Shown here piece after piece: positions 27,419 through 39,200 of a stretch of DNA of 64,000 nt. Under the pieces are notes generated by a model. It searched no databases, was not told where the DNA came from, and saw only the letters and a program-made list of their open reading frames with translations. The position numbers were made by a program, and so were the translations under genes. The DNA lies in the NCBI GenBank assembly GCA_045837725.1, contig JBEWZL010000124.1:124001-188000 (forward strand), read 5' to 3'. How positions within the stretch are numbered: position 1 is the first letter of the stretch; each line of letters starts with the position of its first letter. Source of the stretch: Vermamoeba vermiformis (lineage: Eukaryota).

Positions 27419-30066
27419 ATGGGTGGCGTGGCTGATGACGGAAGCCAGTACTCGAACGGAGTAGCTGCGATCTTCGTATTTAATTTAATTGTCGGAGTCG
27501 GCGTGTTAAATTTGCCGCTTGGATTTCAAAGCGCAGGTCTGGTAAGTATTTATTAAAAACACAATTAAAAAGCGAAGATTTTCTAACGGCAGTTTTGGAT
27601 CCGAATTTTAAAAAATCTTATAATTCGCCAAGGCGCTGAAATATTAATTTAATTACTTATAATCAATTATTCGTTATTTTTACGGTTTATGAAAGTCATA
27701 AATTAATTATTATTTTGTGATCAGGTGCTGGGAACAGTTTTTTTGGGATTCCTCGCTTTACTAGCGTAAGTTTATTAGTGCCATATTATGAAATACACAT
27801 TAATATTAATTTATACGGCAAAGTTACATCACAATTTCGTTTATGATTGAAACTCACGCTGCAGCAAACGCGATCTTGTCCGAAGAGGAACAACAGGTAA
27901 ATAAATACCTATTATATTTACATTTATATTTACGATAATGAATTATGCTATCTTTCAGTAATACAAAGCAATAGTTGAAATTTCGAATGTTGATCGGGAT
28001 CTTCTGATCGCTAACACTTTTTTTAATGAATACCTAGACCCAGCCACTATTAGGAAATGAAGAAATAGTAGTAGGACGCACTATTAATGAAGCCCCGTCG
28101 GACCGAGATCCGTTCGATATTTCAAAACGAGTCGAAATGGGTGTTATGGCCGAAATTTTCTTAGGCCCCGTCGGCAAAATTTTCTTCTACATTGTTATGA
28201 TCGTATCCTTATAATATTATTATACTATACTAATGTCATGCGCTAAACTCAATTAGCAAGAAATTTTTTTCCTTCACTAAATATTCTCGCAGATCTACTT
28301 GTTTGGAGATCTGGCAATTTACGCCGTCGCAGTTCCATCATCTCTTGCTGCAGCCACTGGTGGTTGGTCTGTAGGTAAGTATAATACTGCATTTGCGAAT
28401 AGTCTAGCGAATATTTCGGAGGAGTTTCCGAGGGACAAACCTTGTGATTCGAAATTGCTGTCAATTTTTCTGACCGTGAAAATGCAGTTTCCTAATTTGT
28501 AATTTTTATTATAGGCTCAATTACATTCACCGATGATAATGTATATTACTTCTATTTGGCTTGTTTTACGATTATTGTAGTGCCATTTGGATTTTTTAAT
28601 TTCCAAAAAACGAAATATTTGCAATTCTTCACTATGGGCACGAGAAACACTGCTTTATTTATGTAAGTACTATTCGTATTATCGTGTTATTATGCATTTC
28701 CTTATTTATTTTGCAGGATGATTATTTTGGGTTTGATTTTCATTGGTCAAGGCAACGGCGCATTACCCGATCAATTGCCGTTAGTAAATTGGGCGTAAGT
28801 ATTTATTTTTAAATTTTACCACAACATATTTTATCAATTTTATCATTCTCGGCAAATTTTTAAAAAAGTAGAGTACTTCCGCGCCAATTTGGTAATTAAT
28901 TTTTCTACGGCTTGCAAAAAAAGCGAACTTTATTGTATTTTACTTTGGTATTATTATACAATTATTAAATTATTATTATTTTTGCGCAGAGGCTTGCCTA
29001 AAATGTTCGGAGTTGCCGTGTACGCATTCATGTGCCACCACAGCTTGCCGTCAATCGTGACACCGATCAAGGACAAATCATTCGTCGGAAAGTTGATGGG
29101 CATTGACCTCTTGTTGATCTATCTCACGTACATCTTGCTCAATTATTCCGCCATGTTCGCTTTTGGCGCTATTGACAACCCAACCTGTGACTCGACACCA
29201 GGTAAGAAAATTAACTCCAATTCCATCGTAATTGCATATTTATTACTTAAAGAATCGTAATTATGATAACTATTCGATATTTGGAAGTTAATTTTTTGGT
29301 AGTTTTGAACGAATGTGAAAAAAAATCAAGATCTGGATCTGACAACTTTTTTCATGCACATCAAAGCAAGCGGTACTAATATTGTTTTTAAGGTCCTGCA
29401 TGCAAAATTCAGCCACTCTACACGTGGAACTTCAATTCGTACCACATTGTGCCCATCGCCAAGTTCTTGGGCTTGTTCCCCGTGTTCACGTTGTCCACGA
29501 ACTTCCCGTTGATTATGATCACACTGCGCAACAACGTGATGAACTTGATCAAGGTTGGCGAGCGTTCAATGAATCCTACTTTGCGCGGAGTTATTTTCAG
29601 CATTCTTGTCACCGCACCTGCTATCACCATTGCATTTTTCACTCAGGACATCAAAATTTTGGTACGTAATAATAATAATAATTACAAATACGTATGACAC
29701 GTGACTGAAATTAGCAAAAATATTCCAATTTTAAAAAAGAATTGCAAAATTTTGGTTTCGTTTGTGACACGTGTCAAAACAGCACTTGCATCGATTTTTG
29801 CTTGTATATGATCTGTTCGTTCGCTAACCTCGCTGTGACAGGTGTCAGTGACGGGCTCGTACGCAGGCATGGGCATTATGTTCTTGTTCCCTTCGCTGCT
29901 CGTCTTCTTCGCTCGTCGCAAGATCACTGCGCGCTTCGGATTCTACGAAAACAAGCACGCATCATTCTTCAGACACACTTTTTGGATCGTGTTGATCTGG
30001 ATCTGGGTTGTTGGTGCTACTGGTCTCGTGGTGTACACTCAAATTAGCTCTGTTGTATCTGAATAA
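27419..30066 (+). CDS. TMEM104: Transmembrane protein 104 (Aa_trans amino-acid transporter family), multi-exon
   Basis: FVFNLIVGVGVLNLP, KRVEMG, IYLFGDLAIYA, YAFMCHHSLPSIVTP, FPVFTLSTNFPLIMITLRNN, TGSYAG. Confidence 0.9.
28203..28292 (+). other. U12-type (minor spliceosome) GT-AG intron in TMEM104
   Basis: 5' splice site GTATCCTT; branch-like TTCCTTCAC at 28269-28277, 16 nt before the AG. Removal joins FYIVMI to IYLFGDLAIYA in frame. Confidence 0.8.
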
Positions 30067-30223
30067 AATATAGGTACTTTCCTAATATGGTAAAATCAAA
30101 AAACAAGCAGACAAAAATCTCCCGCCTTCAATTCCGTTCTTTTTCTCAGTTCAATAGCATAGTGAAGCACGATTAAATGAAAAATAGGTAGCCACTCATT
30201 ATAGTAATACGTATACCACATAA

Positions 30224-32930
30224 ATGGAAGTTAAAACTGAGGATCTTGAGCGGTTGTTCGAATCCAAATATTCAGGTAATTTCAACTTTGTTGTTTAGCA
30301 ACAAATAAATAATGAAAATTAGTAAAATAATTTTAGATTATTAATTAAGTTGTTTTGAACAAGATTTAAAGCTCCAGAATATTTATTTATTTGGATCGAG
30401 ACTTTACCAATGTCATAACGAGCAATCCGATTACGATTTTATCGTATTAGTAGAAGGAGAATATTTCTTTGGATCTAAATTAATAGAAACTGATCTTGTA
30501 AATTTAAACGTAAGTCGCTTTACACCAAAATATTGATCTCAATTAATTTTAATTTTTAAATAGATCTACCACCTCGATTATTTTAACGAGCTGCTTAAAG
30601 AAAACATAGTATGGGCGATAATGCTATATTATATTCCTCCGGAGTTTATCTTCAAAGAGAACATCAAACTCGATTTCAAAATTCGGATCCCGAGCTTAAA
30701 AAAATCATGTACGTCTCATATATGATTAATATCCTTATTAATTATTTATATAGCGCTTATGGATGCTTCTCACAATTACGCGAAGGCTAAACGCCTTTGG
30801 TCTATGAACGACCACAAAAAATCGAAGAAAAATATTGTTCATGGTCTTCGGTGCGTATTTAATTAAATATTAGTATAATATTATTATTTTTTAATTTGCA
30901 ATAAAATTATAGTAAAATCATCAATTAGACCGAATTATTAATCGTTCGTTGATAGATATTTATTATTAGCGAAACAACTGCTCGAACAAGAAAAAATCGT
31001 TGATTTTACCGCTGGCAATGAATATTGGCGCGATTTAATGCAAAATGAGTGGCGAGATTGGGACGAGATTGAATGCAAATACAAACCTATCTACGGCGAT
31101 CTGATGCACGAAATCAAACACTCGTACAATCCTGAAGATATTAACGTAAGTACATCTAATACTTATACTTAATATAGTCATAGCTAATTAAGGAAATATT
31201 TTTGCGTTAGAGCGACGAAGAAAATAAATTATTATCAGTAGTGTACATACACCGACTCGGAATCGATGCCTTATGCTCCGTAAGTACTATTTTTCAACAA
31301 TACTCTTTTTAATAGCATTAACATCACAATATGAAAGTACTATTAATTTTTTGAATAATTTTATTGTTATTTTTTTTTGTTGACCGGTTAATTTTTTAGG
31401 ATTTTAGTATAACGAGCACGAAACACAAAACAGTGAGTGATTTAGTGCACTTAAAATACGACAAAAAGAGCTCGCCACTCGATCAACTGATAGTGCAAGA
31501 ATGTAACGGGCTCGTTGTGGACGTGAAACAATTGAAAGCGATCTGCGTCCCGCCAAAGAAATTCTTTCAACACAACGGCAATTTGAAATCAACTGTCGAT
31601 GAGCAATCAGGTAAAAAAATATTATAATATAACAAGATACTGTTCTCCTGGTTTGATTTTCATTTTCGCGTGAAAAATTAGCTTGACACGTGTCAAAGAT
31701 ATTTTTCACAGGCATCGCGATCGATGTACGCTCCTTATTTAGAAACTAATATTATACGATTACATTACAGCGGTGGTTTATGAAAAGATCGATGGATTGA
31801 CAGCGAATTTGTACTATTATAATGACACTTGGCACGTGTCAACAGATTACACAGCAGACGGATCCGAACAAATTGAAATTCCGTTTCATTTCTCAAAACA
31901 AGAATATAAATTACGTTGGAATGCGTGGCGAACGACAGAATTCACTGAAGAAGAGAAAAAAATGAAGGGACTGTCATTGACCAATCAAAAAATTGACGCA
32001 ACGAACGAGCACAAGAAAATTGTTTCATTTTCGGAGTTATTTTGGGAAGCATGGTCTAAAAATGGCTATAAATTGCCCGAAGACACGACAAAGTGCTACT
32101 TATTTGTGCTGATCTCGAAACGCTACACGAATGTTTGCAGATATTTCGAATCGATCGATCAGCAGCAACCGCGGTTCACTGAAAACACTCTCTTACTGAT
32201 TGGTTGCAGAAATTTATCGACATTTGATGAAGAAGCTCCTGAAGGTCCGTCATTATCCTTTTATGGAAGCTTCACCAAATGTACTAACTAAGCATTTAGA
32301 TGTGGCGGAAAAATATGGCTGGAAAGCAATTGCATCGTACAATTATTCCGCGTCAATCGATGACTTGGCTAAAAAATCATTGGAATTGGATCCGATCTTT
32401 CACGAAGGATTCGTTGTTTGCGACAGCAGGTACGTACACGGTTACTAAATATGGAAATAACTACGTAATATGAACAATTACTAATTTGGTACTAATGAAG
32501 GTTCAACCGAGTTAAAGTTCGATCGCCTCAATTTTCCGCACTTTTGGAGCTGGATCTGGTCAACAATGACTTGAACACTAATTACAGACTAATGATCGAT
32601 CTCATTCGGTCAAACGATCACGTGACATTTTTGGAGTATTTCACGCAGTTACAACCACTCTACGAGAGCGTCAAGAAAGATTTTGACAATTTTTGGAACG
32701 AGTTCCAAAAAGTATACAATAGTATACGATTTGATATTAACGATCCAAATTTGGATCAAAAGTTATTGGCGAGAAATTACGCCGCGACAGCGAAGAAGTA
32801 CAATTATTATCAGCTCTTATTTGAACTTCGAAAGATGAATTTTAGCGTGATTAGTGTCAAAGATTATTTGCGCACGATAAGATTGAAAAAGATTATCGAT
32901 TTATTGCGCGAGATCAAAGCTAAGAAATAA
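30224..32930 (+). CDS. Fusion of a Pol-beta-superfamily nucleotidyltransferase and a T4 Rnl1-type ATP-dependent RNA ligase, multi-exon
   Basis: YLFGSRLY...SDYDFIV (30385-30445), helical SHNYAKAKRL..KKNIVHGLRY, then VQECNGLVVD, PPKKFF, YEKIDG (motif I), WHVST, LLLIGCRN, EGFVVCD (motif IV), FNRVKVRSPQF (motif V). Confidence 0.82.
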
Positions 32931-33119
32931 ACTCGTTTCGATAACATTCGATATTGTTCAGTGAACAAATTAGGAAATCGAATAGTTACAGCGGCATGTA
33001 TTATTTCGAATATGTTTTTTGTTGGCTGAGATGGTGGTATTATTGATTTAATGGCGTATAATAATATAAAACATATTAGAATACACAAAGTCGTCGTTAT
33101 TTTCAACTTTTCTTGTCTT

Positions 33120-35051
33120 TCAATCGATGAGGACTGAAAAATATTGTTGCTGCCATTTCAACGATTCTTCCTCGTTTTCAGTGAATATAACACTATCAAT
33201 TAATCTTTTTGCTCCAACTTTCGTTTCTTTCAACAATTTTGCTAATTGTGGCGTTACAGCTGATCGCGTGATAAGTATGTAAAGCACATCCGTTAACGGA
33301 ACCGATGGAGGCAAAAGTGCTTCGAGTCTGCCATGCGGATCAACGTTCATATACCAATCTATTATATCTTGCGTAGTAACATCTTCGGGTCGATCTTTTT
33401 TTCGCTCATCTGGCGGAAAACTTCCGGCGATCAGATCCATCTTCGGAACCCATGAAAAATGTTCGTCTTTTGCATAATTTTTGAAAGCATTTTGAACAGT
33501 TGTTGATATATAATCATCTCTATTAACAACTGCATCGTATTGAGATCGGTCTTTCAAAAACGCTAAGATTGCTTGGGATGTGATTTCTTGTTGGGCTTGT
33601 AAAAACCAATATCCGCTTTTGTAATCGTAAATTTCTTTTCTTTGCAGTTGTTTTAATAATTCCAATTCTCCGCGAGTTGCTGTTGCTCCATAATGAGAAC
33701 TTCTATTCAAAAAATATGCAAGATCCGCTCCAATACTTTCACTAAAAGTGCTATTAGTCCATACATTGCCTCCATATTGTGTCGCTTTGAATTCTTTTGA
33801 TGCTAATTTTAGCCACGGGCGTAATGGCAACGCATGGCCTGATATTAATGTTGTGCTGCTGTTCATCGTTATTTTGGATTCGTTAAAAGCAGTGCGTTTG
33901 AATATAATAGAAACAGGTCCATAATGCACATTCGGTCCCATAACTGCAAATACGTGTTCGTGAGTTCCAAGAAATTCGTCGACCCAATAACCGATCCCTG
34001 TTTGTGACGATGTTTTCGGATCTGATACGAGACTCAGTGCGACTTTTTCGATCTTATCAAAGTCTTCTTTTGTAAAGGCCGGGAAGTAAAATTCAAATCG
34101 TGCTCTGCGTAGTTGAATTACACGTGTGTTACCCAAGCGATCGGCTGCAATCATGACCTGAAAAAAATTGTAAAAAATTGCAATAAAAGTTTTCATACTA
34201 AATAATTATTACTAATTTATCAATAAGAATATTATTAATTAATTAGTAGCACTTACTTCAGCCAAATTGATGATTTTTTCGATGCAATGATAGCACCGCC
34301 AAATGGGTACTGACTTATCCCACGGGCAAATTTTGCCGGTCATAATTTGCATAAAATGCGTTTGAAAATTCAGCATTAATTTAGTATACACTGAAGGTAT
34401 AGTGTCTGGTGGCATTAGTCGGGATCGGGCCTTGACGCTTCCAGATTGAATTATCTTGATGAGTGTATCGACTGAGCAACTATGAACTGGTAGTAGCTTC
34501 GTCAAAAGGTCTGTTACAGCTGCAGGCGGAGTTCTTAAAATTGCTGAAGGGAGCTTGTCGTCTTCAAACTGCGCCCGCCAAATATTCCGGCTCCACTTGC
34601 AAAAAGAGTGGTTTGATAGTGATGGTAATGCAGATGCTATATTAATAAAATTTCGGTCACTAGGTTTTATAATAATTGCGTACGAGTGAAAATTAAATTG
34701 CCCCATTTCCAGATCCCCAAAGATTTTGTTTCGCAGTATTATTTAAATTTTAATATTGTTATCATTACCTTGAAATAAATAAACGCCAATAACTGCGCAA
34801 TCACCAATTTTGTTGGTCGCCAAGGGCGAATCTGGGGAAAACGACACCTTCGTCTGCTTTCCTTCACCTTCTTTATAATACCACAGATAAATACAATGAA
34901 TATTCGGTGGATTTATGTTCGTTTTTTCTTTGATCAATTCTACCAAAGTTTGAGCGCTGCTGCACACGGCGATCTTGTAACCATTCACCAATGTCGTGCC
35001 TGTTGGTGTATCATAGTGATTTATAGTCAAAGAATAAATAGCTGTGTTCAT
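33120..35051 (-). CDS. Ubiquitin-like N-terminus plus putative ADP-ribosyltransferase-fold (DarT/DUF3626-like) domain, about 3 exons
   Basis: Three ORFs (34743-35117, 34239-34706, 33120-34196) linked by GT-AG introns. Motifs LPVHSC.VDTLIKIIQSGSVKAR, HVFAVMG..HYGPVSIIF and LEALLPPSVPLTDVLYI resemble the ART strand pattern. Coding status is solid; the family call is inference. Confidence 0.55.
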
Positions 35052-35164
35052 ATTTACTAACGTTGAAACTAAATAACGCCAGTTTCCCCGTTTTTTCTGG
35101 ATCTTGCCTCGAACCACGTGGATCCTATCAACAAATCAATAATTAAGTTAAAAAATAACCGTCT

Positions 35165-36111
35165 TTATGCCATCAACAGAAACACTGCTACGATTAAGAG
35201 CACAAGTGAATCCAGTACATGTCGAGCAACAGATGAAGCCTTAGGAACGCTCGGTGCAGCTTTAGGAGTCGTTTGAGTAATAGGTGCAGCTTCAGGAGTA
35301 GTATTGGCCATTGGTACATCGCTAGGGGTACTAATTTCGACAGGAGCTGCGCTAGGCGGATTCAGAGGTACATCCGCTGTCGGAACTGGAGGAGGGCACT
35401 GCAAGGCTTGACCATAGCCTCCTGAATAAGACGAGCAATTGTACGGAATATTGACGACTGAAGGTGATCCCGAGCAGTTGTTGCTATTGTAGATCTCGAT
35501 AGGAATTCCAGTGTCAGGGCCGCACGCAGTCATCTTAGCCGTGTAGGACATGCCAGTATAGTAGCACGTATTAAGTAAAGCTGTAATAATTGGATTTATA
35601 ATTAATTGACTACTGATCGGTTGACGCGTTGCAAATCTTGATCCGTTCCAGATCATCGCTTGCTTACCTGCTCCATATGAAGTTCCTACTCCCGTGCAAG
35701 CGGCTTGGCCAGACGAACTGTATGCTGCGAAAGTTGAGGGTAAAGATGCAACATCCAACGTGCTGCACACATACGTGGTCCACAAACCATCGCTTAATTG
35801 CGTGCAAGATTGTGGCATGCAAGTTCCTACCTAATACAATATTATTTTAACAAACAGAATCAAAACTAATGGATACAAGTATACTTTTAAAATTTAATTA
35901 ATTTTGATTCAGTATTGCTTTTGTTTAACGAAGCCATAATATTTAAATATGCCTATTAACTGATAAGTTGCAAATTACTTACATTACCCAATTTATAAGC
36001 TCCGATCAGTTCAGTGCAATTATCATTTGAATAGCTGAAGTAGACTTGAGCTCTTGAACTAGCGATAAAACAAACGCTAAGCGTAAATAATATGTATAAC
36101 GTGCCCTTCAT
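35165..36111 (-). CDS. Secreted, probably GPI-anchored Cys-rich surface protein with Pro/Thr/Ser stalk
   Basis: Signal peptide MKGTLYILFTLSVCFIASSRA, Cys-rich core, PT/PS-rich stalk, C-terminal hydrophobic LVLLIVAVFLLMA. Confidence 0.75.
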
Positions 36112-36268
36112 GGTGTTGCTTCTGCCAGCGAAAGTTAACTGTGATTTTGACACGGGTGTCAACCAATTTCGGTTAAAAAAAACTGTGGATCTAACAACGC
36201 ATTAGATTAATCTAAATAACTTTACAAATATTATTAATATATACAATAAGTTAATCGCTGTATTTTGT

Positions 36269-39200
36269 TTAAGAGCTTGACAAGCTCGAGCTGCTGCTCC
36301 TACTTTCAGATGCCGAAACACTTTCTTGGTCCTTCGATCCAGACACATCATCTGTTCGCTTTGACTCATTATTCGAAGCGGAGATATTCATATTTCCGCT
36401 GGCACTGCTATTAAATGTTCCGCTCAATGCGCTGTTTCTGGTTGTTTCAAGTCTGCTCGTATTAATCGGTGTTATAAACGACCTTGCGCTCAATAAATTC
36501 GATGAACTCATATTCAATAGTCCTCCTTGACTGCCGGGCAATGACGGCACCATTTCGCTGCTACTACTGCTGCTTTCTTCGCTCGGAAGTTCCACATCCG
36601 GATAAACTTCGACGTATCTGCTCGTTGTCGGAGTTTTAGGCGTCTTCGGAGTTTTAGGTGTGAGCGGGTGTGGCGTTTGTACAGTTTTATCCGCAGTCGT
36701 TGACGTGGTTACTGTCGAAGTACCTGTCACTTCCATTTCATTGACTTCATCAGACTTGTGGCTCATCGCTTCAACAGAGTTTGTGACCTCTTTAGAAGCA
36801 CTAGTGCCAAAGTTAAGTGACCGTCTTGTAGCCGACACTGTTGATCTCGACAACTTCTGCTTAGCATCAACAGTTCGAAGAATAGATACGACAGTAACAA
36901 TAGGAATCACTTCGACTGCAATCAAAATCGCCATGGCCAGGACGTTGTTGCGGTAGCCAGTGAATAGCAACGCCAATAAGAACGCACATTGTAACAACAG
37001 GCCAATGGAGCAAATTGTCGCGGTCCAAAAAATCTGCAAAAATATTAAAATTAATTTTTTTAACTTAAGTTTCTTTACGTACTCTTCGCTTGGTGCCTTG
37101 CTTGTCGGTAACTTTGCCCGATCGTTTATCAGATTGCACCATGTTGCTGTACACTCTGAAACCGTTGATTAAATAACCAGCACCAAGTGCGAGTGACAAA
37201 ATCGAGACAATAAGACGATAAACCATTGCAATCTTTTGTCTAAACATAACTCAGTTAGAAAATTTTTCCAAATTAGGAAATATATACCTTGTGTTAAAAT
37301 CACGTGATATAAATCTTCCGCCGCAGATTGCAACGTCCTCTGACGACAAAGTCTCGTACAAAATGATCAACACGATGAAAATCGCGTAGAGTGCGCCGTT
37401 GATAATAGCCACGACAGTTATAATTCTCTTGTTCATAACTCGGCGGGAAATGCTTGGCTGACGAATCAATCTCATCGTGAAGATCCTGTCGTGAAAAAAT
37501 AAGTACAAAGCTATTACTAATAAATATACAGATATTTATCGATATCAAATTCAAAAACTGCGTTGATTTCGATAATGAAAAAATGGTATCGATAAATGCT
37601 CCACTAATAATATCTGAGACGTACCATAAGACCACAAAGAAACTCAACGCAGAGAAGTAAAGAAACGAAGGCAACTCGACAACAACGTACACACCTCGTG
37701 CATTGGCCGTAGAAAAAACACCGCCGGCAGAGAGCAAGTAGAACAATAATCTCACTGAAAAACATTAATATTTCTTGTAAACAGATGTATCGATTGAAGA
37801 CGGGACTTACCCAAGCATAAAGCAGCCAACAACAAGATGACTACAAAGTTCAATTGCTTGTACAATCTGTAGTGCAAGATGATCGCTGCTTTGACGACTG
37901 CAAACACCAAGCAAAACGCGTAACACACGATAGAAATGACCAACAAGGCAATCTCACCGTCTGTGAAAGACTAAAGTACGAAAAAAATTAGTGCAATGAC
38001 TTACGGCGCGAGCACGTGATTTTTAAGCTTACCACTGAAGGTCTAACCGTACTCCAATTATCAACGCGAATGATCGGTAAGTAGACTACTTTTTCTCCTG
38101 CAACAATCGACGGAACAACTCCGCAATAATTGTTGCCTGAAACACGCATTGAAATGCCCATGGGCGTCACTTTGTTTGTTTTTACGTCACTGGATCAATC
38201 ACATTAGAACTGTTCAAATTGTACTGCATTACTAAGACGTACACTTTACCAATGTCCAAAATAGGAAATTTGTTCATGATCGCGGTGCTTGGCCCAGATT
38301 CAATCTTCGTACAAATTTCAATGGAAGTCAACGACGCGTCAGTGAACTGTATTAAACTTGTCAATAAAGTTCAAAATAAGTCTTTCACTTCACGTACCCC
38401 AAAGCTGACTCCATCTCCAATCAGACGACCTACAATCGCGTCCAAAGTGTTTGTGAAACTGTATTGATTGTCCTCGCTGAAATCAATCAAGAAACTAGAC
38501 AACGGGTCCTATTCAAAAGTTCGTATTAGTACATTATACTGGCTTAATGAGACTGTGGATGCGTTATAGCGTACCTTGGTATTGAAGCGGAATTCGCCAA
38601 TGCTCACAGCACCGAGTCCAACATTGATGCACGTGCTCGTGGCCTCAAGCGAATCAGCCGTGTAATACGCCACGACATTGTTTGCCTCAAGAGTACCGTT
38701 GACTCCTTGACAAATGACATTGACAGCGTCACTTGTAGTCGGGTCGTATGCATCAAAACATTCTTCGGAAGCATAGCCCGAAGGATTACAGCTGCACGTG
38801 ACGATGTTCAAGAGGTCAAATTGTTGCCCATAGAAGCACTTCGATTGAGTCTTCAATTCGAACGCGTACTTGGTGTCAATGGCAAGACTGATTTCATCGT
38901 ACAAGCTGATGAAGTCAACGGTGGGCTGGATGCTGTAAGGCTTGTAAACTGCACGTGCTTGCCAAGTCAAGTCACGAACGAGACCTCCTTCCCAAGTACC
39001 CTGATTTCGAAGTTGTAAGTACTTTTGTATGGGGCACAGCAATTCAACTTACAGGCTGCCAAGTCATGATTGAAATGTACTCTCCATTAGCCTCCAAGCA
39101 GTTGGCCTGATCTTTGAATGACACGATGTACCCGTTGTTAAACGAGAACGAAATGAACGGCTCCTTGCAACCAAATCCAAATGCCTCGCATTCTGCCTTA

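Noticed and set aside
30729-30736. ATATCCTT as an AT-AC U12 donor
   Set aside because: It lies inside an ordinary GTACGT...TAG intron whose removal already gives the correct frame.
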